A stretch of DNA of 64,000 nucleotides, taken from an uncultured delta proteobacterium. Its GTDB lineage: Bacteria > Desulfobacterota > RBG-13-43-22. The stretch is taken from contig CAWBOS010000006.1 of assembly GCA_963790475.1 (NCBI GenBank), forward strand, positions 768,001 through 832,000, written 5' to 3'. How positions within the stretch are numbered: the stretch's first letter is position 1; every line of letters starts with the position of its first letter. The notes under the pieces are model-generated. The model did no database searches, was not told the DNA's origin, and saw nothing but the letters and a program-made list of their open reading frames with translations. Both the position numbers and the translations under genes were made by a program. Positions 30,443-38,693 of this stretch are shown one piece after another.

Positions 30443-31450
30443 GTGATTATGGAAGAGATTTTGCCGAGGTTGTACCGAATTGTTGTTCCCCTGCCCGGGA
30501 ACCCACTTAAAGAGATCAACTCTTATGTCCTCACCTCCGATGACCGGAACCTGGTCATCGACACCGGGATGAACCGCCCGGCCTGTAAACAGGTTCTGGA
30601 GCCGGGGCTGGAAGAACTGGGAGTGGATTTGAGGAAGACCGACTTTTTTATCACCCATTTGCACGCCGATCATCAGGGGATGGTGGCCGGTTTGATGAGA
30701 GAGGGATCAAGGGCCTATATGGGAGAAGATGATGCTTATCGATTAAAGGCGGGCACCACCCCTCATGCCCGTCGCTCTCCCATGGGGGATTATGCCGCCC
30801 AAAGCGGTTTCCCTGACGAGGTACTCCAATCCGCCATGGTCAACCATCCCGGTTTCAAGTATGGACCGGAATCTGTGGTCGATTACCAGATTACCCGGGC
30901 TGGAGATATTTTTAAAGTTGGGGATTATACTTTGGAAGTGGTGTCCACACCCGGACATACCTTAAGTCATGTGTGTCTGTATGAGCGGGATAAAAAGATC
31001 TTTTTCTCAGGGGACCATGTGCTGGGTGACATCACCCCCAACATTCAGAACTGGTCCGATGAAAACGATCCTCTGGACTTGTATATCAAGAGTCTGAAAA
31101 AAGTTTATGATATGGAGGTAACCTTGTGTCTTCCGGGTCATCGGAGCTTTATCAAAGACTTCAAAAAAAGGATCTTGGAATTGCTCGAACATCACCGTAT
31201 CCGGGCCAATGAGGTGATTGACATCCTGGAAAAGGAAACCCTGACCGCTTACTGGACAGCCTCGAAAATGACCTGGGATATCGTGGCCAAATCCTGGGAC
31301 GATTTTCCGGTCATGCAAAAATGGTTTGCAACCGCCGAAGCTATCTCCCATTTGATCTATCTGGAGAATAAGGGTCTGATCCAAAGAGAGCACAGGGACG
31401 GGCTGATCTATTTTTACAGCGATGGAAAGAAAAAATTGCAGACCGTATAA
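30443..31450 (+). CDS. MBL-fold metallo-hydrolase
   Basis: THLHADH, PGHT, GDH, PGH. Confidence 0.92.
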   Translation: MIMEEILPRLYRIVVPLPGNPLKEINSYVLTSDDRNLVIDTGMNRPACKQVLEPGLEELGVDLRKTDFFITHLHADHQGMVAGLMREGSRAYMGEDDAYRLKAGTTPHARRSPMGDYAAQSGFPDEVLQSAMVNHPGFKYGPESVVDYQITRAGDIFKVGDYTLEVVSTPGHTLSHVCLYERDKKIFFSGDHVLGDITPNIQNWSDENDPLDLYIKSLKKVYDMEVTLCLPGHRSFIKDFKKRILELLEHHRIRANEVIDILEKETLTAYWTASKMTWDIVAKSWDDFPVMQKWFATAEAISHLIYLENKGLIQREHRDGLIYFYSDGKKKLQTV

Positions 31451-31499
31451 TGAGATATTCACAACAACAGATTAACAGAACCGAAAAATTCTTTTTTCA

Positions 31500-31624
31500 C
31501 AGATTGCTCAAAAAGGCCCAGATACAAGGCGCCCGAAATCGTGAGGAGTGAGGCGTACAGAGAAGTACGCCGCAATGACGAGGGATGAGGGCAACGAAGT
31601 AGATGTGACTTTTTCAGCAATCTG
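31500..31624. mobile_element. MITE-like element
   Basis: Terminal IRs CAGATTGCTCAAAAAG / CTTTTTCAGCAATCTG; internal hairpin GGCGTAC..GTACGCC. Confidence 0.7.
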
Positions 31625-31639
31625 ATAAGGAGTATCGTT

Positions 31640-31972
31640 ATGTTTAGCCATTTAACCTTCTCACAACAGCAGCTTATCTATTTGGGTCTCAAAGCGCTCA
31701 TCGAGAGCAAGGCCGGATACGGCTTTCTTAAAGGGGATTTGGGACACCCGGTTTATCGGGATGGCGCCCTCGGAAAAGATGCTGAAAAGGCGGGCTACAT
31801 TGATTCCCCCCAAAAGAACACTCTCTTTATCATGCTTTCTGAATTGACCGAGGAGTTGAAAAAAAGCGGGATTGAGGATATGGATTACAAGTGGTGGTAT
31901 GATTTCAGTACCTGGGAAAATTTCTGCAAATTTGCCGTTGCCGTGTTTGACGGAGACAGTCCTGTCTCCTGA
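31640..31972 (+). CDS. Hypothetical protein
   Basis: TAAGGAG RBS, 110-aa ORF. Confidence 0.7.
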   Translation: MFSHLTFSQQQLIYLGLKALIESKAGYGFLKGDLGHPVYRDGALGKDAEKAGYIDSPQKNTLFIMLSELTEELKKSGIEDMDYKWWYDFSTWENFCKFAVAVFDGDSPVS

Positions 31973-32425
31973 TCACGATAGACAGGTATATCTTTGGAAA
32001 TTATGAACCTTGAACCGGACCTGCCACTCAGACTAAAGTTAAAGAGAAATGGATGTGCCTTTTTGCATTTTCGATTTTTTGTGATGGTCTGCCTGGCGGG
32101 GGTAAAAAATATTTTTTGACCATTTCCTTCCTATTTATTAAAAGGTAATATCTCCCAGGAAAAAATATCAGCCAAGATCCCCGGCCGGAAGTTGAGGGTT
32201 CTCGGCCAGAATGATCTCCTTTTCGTCCCGACAGCTTAAAAAGAGGCGGGGTCAGGAAATACAAAGGGGAGAGAAGAATCCTGTTTTCATTGTGGCAGGA
32301 GAACAGCCGGGACTGGATAGGGCTTATCCTCTGATAACCAATTTTCATGAGACTATCGAGGTGGAGAATCAAGAAGGAAGGGACGCTGCCTTAAAAAGGC
32401 TTTTCCAGACTCAGAGGAGAGCAAG

Positions 32426-33436
32426 GTGAGTAAAAAGATCTTAGTAGTAGTTGATGAAGAGATCGATCGGAGGGTCATTCGACTTCATTTGGAGCGGGAA
32501 GGATGGATGGGGATCAAAGCAGTGGACGGGGTCGAGGCCCTGGGAATTCTGGAAAAGGAATCAATCGCCCTGGTGCTTTATGATATCAAGATGCCCGGGA
32601 TGGACGGGATCACCTTTTTGACCCGAATAAAAGAAAAGGGGATTACGATCCCGGTGATCATGCTCTTGAGGTTTGTGGATATGGAAACAGTCACCCAAGT
32701 TCTACGAAAGGGGGCCTTTGATGTTCTGACCAAACCGATTCAGAGGGAGAGTTTGATCTTGGCAGTGAACCGGGGGGTGGAGTATCAGACGCTTTGGGAA
32801 GACAATAGAAGACTGAAAGAAGAAAATCAAAAATACCAAGAGAATCTGGAACAGGTTGAAACGGTTTATCTGGAACTGGTCAAAACACTGGCCGAGGCCA
32901 TCGAGACCAAAGATGCCTATACGCGGGGACACTGTGAACGGGTCCCTGAGTTTTCGCTTAACATAGCCAAAACCATGGGCCTTTCCCTTAATGAAATACG
33001 TGACATTCTCTTAGCCGGCATCCTCCATGATGTTGGAAAAATCGGCATTTCGGAAGCGATTTTGACCAAACCGGGTCCTTTGGATCAAAGGGAATGGGCG
33101 ATGATTCAAGAGCACCCCGCCCTGGGACTTAACATCATTCAACATGTGGGCTTTCTGGGTAAAGCCCGGGAGATCATCGCCCAACATCATGAACGCTATG
33201 ATGGGATGGGTTATCCCAAAGGATTGCAAGGGGAAGCCATACATCTGGGTGCCCGTATCCTGGCGGTGGCCGATTCTTATGATGCCATGAGTTCGGAACG
33301 TCCCTACCACCCGTCAATGAATAAGGAAACGATCATCAAAGAGATTCGTAAACAGGCAGGGCTCCAATTCGATCCCCGGGTTGTGGAAATTTTTTTAACC
33401 CTGTTAGCTCAAGAAGGAAAAGAAAAATTCGACTGA
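32426..33436 (+). CDS. REC + HD-GYP response regulator (putative c-di-GMP phosphodiesterase)
   Basis: DIKMPGMDG; KDAYTRGH; LHDVGKIG; HHERYDGMGYP. Confidence 0.92.
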   Translation: MSKKILVVVDEEIDRRVIRLHLEREGWMGIKAVDGVEALGILEKESIALVLYDIKMPGMDGITFLTRIKEKGITIPVIMLLRFVDMETVTQVLRKGAFDVLTKPIQRESLILAVNRGVEYQTLWEDNRRLKEENQKYQENLEQVETVYLELVKTLAEAIETKDAYTRGHCERVPEFSLNIAKTMGLSLNEIRDILLAGILHDVGKIGISEAILTKPGPLDQREWAMIQEHPALGLNIIQHVGFLGKAREIIAQHHERYDGMGYPKGLQGEAIHLGARILAVADSYDAMSSERPYHPSMNKETIIKEIRKQAGLQFDPRVVEIFLTLLAQEGKEKFD

Positions 33437-33456
33437 GTCCGGACGAATTTAAGGAT

Positions 33457-33798
33457 TTGGTAAGCCGGGCCTTGGATGAAATCCCCGAGGAATTCCTGGA
33501 GAAGCTGGAGAATTTAGATATCTTCGTGGAAGAGGTCCCCTCCCCGGAATTATTGGAGGAATTGGGTTTGACCGAGGAGGGCCTTCTTTTCGGATTGTAT
33601 CAGGGCGTCCCCATTTCGGGAAAAAGTTTTTTCCAGGGCCAAAGCCTCCCGGACCGCATTATAGTATTTCGACAGCCCATCCTTTCCATCTGCCGCACTG
33701 AAATTGATATCCTGCAACAAATTAAGAAGACCCTGATCCATGAAATAGCCCATCATTTCGGCCTGTCTGAAGCCAGGATACGTCATCTGGGGTATTAG
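33457..33798 (+). CDS. Zincin-like minimal metallopeptidase (DUF1025 family)
   Basis: LFGLYQGVP, PDRI, HEIAHHFG; start uncertain (frame extends upstream as IRLSPDEFKDL). Confidence 0.88.
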   Translation: MVSRALDEIPEEFLEKLENLDIFVEEVPSPELLEELGLTEEGLLFGLYQGVPISGKSFFQGQSLPDRIIVFRQPILSICRTEIDILQQIKKTLIHEIAHHFGLSEARIRHLGY

Positions 33799-33807
33799 AC
33801 TCAACCT

Positions 33808-33828
33808 TAGTGGAACGATTCATTGGGC
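33808..33828 (-). other. Truncated attC (R''/L'' arm only)
   Basis: GCCCAAT-GAATCG-TTCCAC after the methyltransferase stop; nearly complementary to that cassette's GTTGGGC start. Confidence 0.5.
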
Positions 33829-33846
33829 TGTTCTTGTGCGTGCTGC

Positions 33847-34611
33847 TCATTTCTCTCCCCGTATCATCCCCATAGTTCCCAAAATAAAAGGCGCTTTCAA
33901 CAGGCGTGGGATAAAGGGCGAGTTTCTGGTTTGAATGAATTCCACATTGGCTATTCCCCAGCTCTTAATAGTGGTGATTAACGAGTCTATATCGCCGTAC
34001 ATATTCTTGATGAGGAACTCGTCTTGAAAAGCGAACCTGCCCCCTTTCTTAAGAACCCGCAACGCTTCATGAATAACTTCACGTTTGTCTCTGACACCGC
34101 CGACCTCATGGAAGACGAAATTGCTCACCGCTGCATCGAAATACTCGTCAGCGAATGGCAATGACGCGGCACTGCCTTTCTGGAACGCTACTCGGTTACT
34201 GACTCCCTCAATTGCCGCGTTGCGTTCACAGACCTTCATCGAGTAATCCCACTTCTTTCCCCAATAGTCTATTCCGAGGACGCGTGCCCTTCCGTGTCTC
34301 TGAGCCAGTTTGATGGCGAGGGCACCGTTCCCGCACCCTATGTCCAAGGCTCTCCCTTCTCCATTCCAGTCTAAATGGTCTAACAGGAGCCTCCAAATGG
34401 ATTCTTGCACATTTCCCGCTTTGGGAGAAAGCCTGAAACGAACATACGACAGAAAGGCAGCGACCAGCAAAAAGAATACAGATGGAATCAACAGGAAAGA
34501 CCATATCAGACTCGATGCCAGGAACAGGAGCGCTATTGCGAGGGGAACATAAATCATTAGTTTTGGTGTCCAATTGCCATAATCTGGATTCTCTCTGATC
34601 TGCCCGTTCAT
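33847..34611 (-). CDS. Class I SAM-dependent methyltransferase (gene cassette)
   Basis: LDIGCGNG, SNFVFHE, RVLKKGG. Confidence 0.9.
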   Translation of the reverse strand: MNGQIRENPDYGNWTPKLMIYVPLAIALLFLASSLIWSFLLIPSVFFLLVAAFLSYVRFRLSPKAGNVQESIWRLLLDHLDWNGEGRALDIGCGNGALAIKLAQRHGRARVLGIDYWGKKWDYSMKVCERNAAIEGVSNRVAFQKGSAASLPFADEYFDAAVSNFVFHEVGGVRDKREVIHEALRVLKKGGRFAFQDEFLIKNMYGDIDSLITTIKSWGIANVEFIQTRNSPFIPRLLKAPFILGTMGMIRGEK

Positions 34612-34642
34612 ATGCTCCAGTCCTTCATGTTTATGTGTTGCA

Positions 34643-34699
34643 GCCCAACGTCTTCATTCAGCGGCCAGCGAAGCTGGTCCCTGGCACGAAATGTTAGGC
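34643..34699 (-). other. Integron attC site (57 bp)
   Basis: GCCTAAC-ATTTCG..CCAGC-TTC-GCTGG..-GTTGGGC: RYYYAAC / GTTRRRY ends with a central hairpin, between two cassette genes. Confidence 0.85.
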
Positions 34700-34706
34700 C
34701 GCATCA

Positions 34707-35123
34707 TTATGAGTCTACTGATTGTGGGAGCACCGGCTTGATATCGACTACGGGCGTTCCATCAATCGCTTCTACCGGTGTCACCTTTAATCTATTGCCA
34801 GCGATTTCGAGAACCGTAACTCGATGTAAGCCAAGTGGATTGGGTCTATCGGGAGACCGTGTCGCAAAGACGCCCGTCAGAGGCATGTTCTTGTCCCCGC
34901 GGGGGTGCAACTTCAATATGTCGCGATGAGCCTTATGAAACCATGTGATCAAAATAATTTCATTGCCCGCTGCAATACCCTCAAGCCCCTCCGCAACCGT
35001 CGAATTTACTTCGAGCCAGGCATCGGGAGCACCTTCGTATCCCTGACGAGGTGCCGCTTCAGGATTCGTCAGTTCGGAGCGTATGACCCCTATGGGGTCG
35101 ATCGTATAGATGGTTTCGGCCAT
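34707..35123 (-). CDS. tsaA: TsaA/TrmO (YaeB)-family SAM-binding protein (gene cassette)
   Basis: APRQG, GVFATRSPDRPNPLGL, DGTPVVDIKP. Confidence 0.9.
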   Translation of the reverse strand: MAETIYTIDPIGVIRSELTNPEAAPRQGYEGAPDAWLEVNSTVAEGLEGIAAGNEIILITWFHKAHRDILKLHPRGDKNMPLTGVFATRSPDRPNPLGLHRVTVLEIAGNRLKVTPVEAIDGTPVVDIKPVLPQSVDS

Positions 35124-35179
35124 ATCTTTTTCCTATGAGATTGTCGTGCTTCTTCCTTCACCGCAGTAGATTGCGGCCT

Positions 35180-35312
35180 AACAAGTTATTCTAAAGTTCA
35201 TAACTTGACAAATCTGAAGTTTCATTCGGTGAAATCAACCCCGTCCTTTGTTTTTTTTGATGACATCAGGGTTGTTTAGCTCCTCAGATTCTTTGTAACC
35301 CATTATAAATGA
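35180..35312 (-). repeat. attI-like direct repeat, copy 1
   Basis: ~130 bp similar to 41066-41197; ends TAGAAT-AACTT-GTT then AGGC. Confidence 0.75.
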
Positions 35313-35349
35313 GGAGTATTTAAATAGAAATTGCGCAAAAGATCACTCT

Positions 35350-35688
35350 TCACCGGTGATTGGACACTGTGGGGGCAGGGACTAACGACGGCTTGCGATT
35401 GGTTGACTTCATTTTTTCAGGTTTCTCCATCCATGAAGGAAGTCTGGTTCCTGTTGCCTCCGCATAGAGGGTTTCGGGAGCGATATCGAGGTCATTGCCC
35501 CAGGTTAATACGCCGAGTTCTTTGTTAATCTGAAAAGCACGAAAATATTCGATGTTTTTAAATTTTTTAAAGACACCGCCACGTTTTAAATATTTTGAAA
35601 AATCAACAACCCCGTGCTTGCCGTCATCGAAAAAAAGTTCTATTAAATAATCGCCTTTGTACTCAGTACCGATAATATCATGAATCAT
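35350..35688 (-). CDS. DUF2442-domain protein (TA-associated)
   Basis: Y.IELFFDDG..G.VDF..L..GGVF..TWGNDLDIAPETLY. Confidence 0.85.
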   Translation of the reverse strand: MIHDIIGTEYKGDYLIELFFDDGKHGVVDFSKYLKRGGVFKKFKNIEYFRAFQINKELGVLTWGNDLDIAPETLYAEATGTRLPSWMEKPEKMKSTNRKPSLVPAPTVSNHR

Positions 35689-35800
35689 GTTCTATCCTCA
35701 GCCCAAAACATAGCTTAGACGATTTTATTTTAACCCCTTCGCGTGGTCCGACCCCTATACCCCCATTTGGAATCATTCACGTCCACAGCTCGGCGGCAAA

Positions 35801-36097
35801 TTAGGGGTGAGCAAGGACCTGTATATCAGCAAGGCGTTTACCAATGTTCGCATTCGCGATTTTTAAGTCGTAAGACGCCTGAAGATTGAGCCAGTATTGC
35901 GGTGACTGGTTGAATACACACCCGAACAACAATGCCAGTTCCGCTGTCACCGGACGATCGCCCTTGACAACATGGGAAATCCGCATAGGCGATACCCCAA
36001 TAGCACGCGCGAACTCAGCTTGAGATAACTTCATTTCACCTAAAATCTCTGCCAAGAACTCTCCTGGATGAATTGCAGGCAAACCATTTTCAACCGT
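35801..36097 (-). pseudogene. higA: HigA antitoxin copy 1 (ATG changed to ACG; only DYH* of higB remains upstream)
   Basis: IHPGEFL..SPQYWLNLQASYDL; ACG at the position of the ATG in copy 2. Confidence 0.75.
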
Positions 36098-36124
36098 CTT
36101 TGTGTCTCCTTTAGTGATAATCAA

Positions 36125-36333
36125 GGATTTATATCAAGGAGTGCCCATATCGGGGAAAAGTTTTTTTTCAGGGACAGAGCCTTCCGGACTGGATCATCCT
36201 ATTTCGACACCCCATCCTTTCAATCTGCCGCACTGAAAATGATATCCTGAAACAAATCAAGAAGACCCTGATCCATGAAATAGCCCATCACTTCGGCCTG
36301 ACCGAGGCCCGGATACGTCATTTGGGGTATTAG
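36125..36333 (+). pseudogene. 3' fragment of the zincin-like metallopeptidase gene (copy 2)
   Basis: Close DNA similarity to ~33592-33798 through the stop codon; frameshift in a T-run. Confidence 0.85.
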
Positions 36334-36590
36334 AAGAATCGTTCATACTCGTTATGACTACCAACCCAGAACCACGTTAAGGTATCTTTATCCAGAACAC
36401 CCAGGGCACGGTACCCAAGTGTAATCCTTACCGCCCAGATATTTTCATCCCGGTTTATGCACTTAAAACGCAAAGAAGGATGAAAAGGATCGTCAGCCCA
36501 AAGACGATATGCCTTTTTGGCCTTGCCTCTGATTTGGCGATTGAGATTATGATAACGTTCCCAGAATGATGGTACTGTGGCAGATTTCAT
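36330..36590 (-). CDS. RelE/ParE-superfamily toxin
   Basis: FHPSLRFK..WAVRITLGYRALG..WFWVGSHNEY. Confidence 0.85.
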   Translation of the reverse strand: MKSATVPSFWERYHNLNRQIRGKAKKAYRLWADDPFHPSLRFKCINRDENIWAVRITLGYRALGVLDKDTLTWFWVGSHNEYERFF

Positions 36591-36817
36591 AGCTTGTCGA
36601 TATCCAAAGGGGTTGCCAGGCCCTCTGCAATTTCCTTACGTACTTGCCGAGCTGCTGTTACAAGATTGGTTTGAGTTCGGGAGAATGACTCATTCCACAA
36701 TACTTCATCCCGAAGATCTTCGATGTATTCGCGTAAATGCTCGAGCACCCGATCCTGAGCTTGCGCCGGCAGTGTTTCAAGCATTTTAATGATTGTCATC
36801 GTTGCTTCTGAAGTCAT
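36587..36817 (-). CDS. Putative antitoxin coupled to the toxin
   Basis: 76 aa, ATGA overlap with the toxin, GGAGG RBS. Confidence 0.8.
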   Translation of the reverse strand: MTSEATMTIIKMLETLPAQAQDRVLEHLREYIEDLRDEVLWNESFSRTQTNLVTAARQVRKEIAEGLATPLDIDKL

Positions 36818-36841
36818 AGGTTCCTCCTTATGTTATCTATT

Positions 36842-36897
36842 TATCAACGAAAAGTTCACCGGGAGCGGTAGCGATCCGGTGGGATGAAGTATTGTGA
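36842..36897 (-). other. attC-like site preceding the TA cassette
   Basis: TCACAAT..CACCGG-ATCGCTACCGCTC-CCGGTG..GTTGATA, followed by RBS and ATG. Confidence 0.7.
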
Positions 36898-37074
36898 GAT
36901 TCATGACATTTTTTTAAAAGTATTTTGCTTAAGAGCCTTTTTTTGAAAGCAAAAAGGTGCCCTTAGCCAATTTCTTGCCTCCGTTTTCAGACAATTCTAT
37001 TTTAACTCCTTCGCGTGGTCCGACTCCCCTATACCCCCATTTGGAATCATTCACGTCCACAGCTCGGCGGCAGA

Positions 37075-37371
37075 CTAGGCGTGGGCAAGGGCATGTATAT
37101 CAGCAAGGCGTTTACCGATGTTCGCATTCGCGATTTTTAAGTCGTAAGACGCCTGAAGATTGAGCCAGTATTGCGGCGACTGGTTGAACACAAGCCCGAA
37201 CAACAATGCCAGTTCCGCTGTCACCGGACGATCACCCTTGACAATATGAGAAATCCGCATAGGCGATATCCCGATAGCACGCGCGAACTCAGCTTGGGAT
37301 AACTTCATTTCACCTAAGATCTCTGCCAAGAACTCTCCTGGATGAATTGCAAGCAAACCATTCTTAACCAT
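37075..37371 (-). CDS. higA: HigA-family antitoxin copy 2
   Basis: MVKNGLLAIHPGEFL.. after an AAAGGAG RBS. Confidence 0.88.
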   Translation of the reverse strand: MVKNGLLAIHPGEFLAEILGEMKLSQAEFARAIGISPMRISHIVKGDRPVTAELALLFGLVFNQSPQYWLNLQASYDLKIANANIGKRLADIHALAHA

Positions 37372-37384
37372 TTTTGTGTCTCCT

Positions 37385-37429
37385 TTAGTGATAGGAGACG
37401 ATTTCAACATCATAAGCATCTCCGTCGCT
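37385..37429 (-). pseudogene. higB: HigB toxin C-terminal remnant
   Basis: SDGDAYDVEIVSYH*. Confidence 0.7.
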
Positions 37430-37451
37430 GCCTCTCGGTGAGGCAGGAAAT

Positions 37452-37601
37452 AGGTCCTTCCCCTGAACTGTTAAAGGAATTGGGGATGTCCGACCGCGAC
37501 CTTCTTTTCGGATTATATCAGGGAGTACCCATTTCGGGAAAATGTTTTTTCCAGGGCCAGAGCCTCCAGGACCGGATTATACTATTTCGACAACCTATCC
37601 T
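37452..37601 (+). pseudogene. Internal fragment of the zincin-like metallopeptidase gene (copy 3)
   Basis: PSPELLKELG..LLFGLYQGVPISGK..DRIILFRQPIL; ends beside the RAYT element. Confidence 0.85.
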
Positions 37602-37608
37602 ATAAAAT

Positions 37609-38679
37609 GGGACGTTGTTCACTTTATTCACTGTTGATAGTTTTTTGCCTCTATTCTTTTAATGGCCATGGCCACTCCCGTAGTCCCAATTCCAACCAGG
37701 CGAGCGATTTCGGCCATTGGAATCCCGAGATCTCGGTTAAAATAGAAACAGAGTCTTTTCCGTAGTTCCGATACTGCTTTTCGTTGGCCCCCTGATATTA
37801 ACTCGATTTCCTTGACCCCGGCTTCATGACATCTTTCTTTGATAATCTTCGATAACGATCCAGCTTTCTTTCGAGCTCGTATTTGGCGGGTCAACTTTTG
37901 ATCTGCTTCTTCCAGAATTCCCTGGACGAAATCTCCATCTCCTAATATCCGTTCATCATAAGTCTCGGATTCGCCCTTCTTTCTTAGAGATAAAACTCGC
38001 GACCATCCCCCCAGACTCCGAATCAATCCGCCACCGACCAATTCTGGCCTTTGTCCAAGGCCCTTTCCTGCCGCCACAAATTCCCGGTAAGCTTGAACGG
38101 CCTTTCTCTTTTTGGACCCAAAAAACCCGAGCACAAAATCTTTTTCCTGAAAATCGTTTGTCCGCTTGCCGGATAAAATCCCGTGGCCGCACCAGGGGTA
38201 GTTTTCCAATTCTTCAAGATCATTAACCAATCTAGCCCTAAGAGGATTCAGGTGGATATATCGGACCAGTTCCAGAAGGTACGGATCCAGGTCACAAATA
38301 ATTGATTTGTATCGGTTCTGAAACAGATGCCCGAATCTCCGATATTTCCGGTTATACCCAATGGCATAACCGGTTAACAAACGTCGCATAAAGGTTGGAA
38401 GACCCGCCGGTCCGCTGATTAATAACAAATGGACATGATTATCCAACAGCGCCCAGGCCAAAATAAGGGTTCCGGTTTCCTTAACCAAGGAATTGATCCT
38501 ATCGAGAAAATCCTTTCGATCTTCCGCATCCTGGAAAATATTACTTCCTTCTATCCCTCGTACCATAATATGGTGCAGGGTTCCGGGGATATCTAACCGA
38601 GCTTTTCGAGGCATAATTCTTTATAAACAGTTTTGCTCTTAATGTCAAAATTAATTGTGAATTAAATGAACAACGTCCC
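37609..38679 (-). mobile_element. Y1/RAYT-transposase element with 23-bp terminal inverted repeats
   Basis: GGGACGTTGTTCACTTTATTCAC (37609-37631) vs reverse complement of 38657-38679, 21/23 identical. Confidence 0.75.
37628..38614 (-). CDS. REP-associated tyrosine transposase (HUH Y1) with C-terminal DnaA-C-like HTH
   Basis: MPRKAR..HHIMVRG, NHVHLL, GHLFQNRY, YIHLNP. Confidence 0.92.
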   Translation of the reverse strand: MPRKARLDIPGTLHHIMVRGIEGSNIFQDAEDRKDFLDRINSLVKETGTLILAWALLDNHVHLLLISGPAGLPTFMRRLLTGYAIGYNRKYRRFGHLFQNRYKSIICDLDPYLLELVRYIHLNPLRARLVNDLEELENYPWCGHGILSGKRTNDFQEKDFVLGFFGSKKRKAVQAYREFVAAGKGLGQRPELVGGGLIRSLGGWSRVLSLRKKGESETYDERILGDGDFVQGILEEADQKLTRQIRARKKAGSLSKIIKERCHEAGVKEIELISGGQRKAVSELRKRLCFYFNRDLGIPMAEIARLVGIGTTGVAMAIKRIEAKNYQQ

Positions 38680-38693
38680 CCTTTAGAGAAGCC

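Noticed and set aside
32211-32429. 72-aa ORF overlapping the start of the HD-GYP gene
   Set aside because: Could be a gene remnant, but it has no clear RBS or recognisable motif.
36948-36964. Possible sigma54 promoter (GGGCACCTTTTTGC, minus strand)
   Set aside because: Spacing is one base short of TGGCAC-N5-TTGC.
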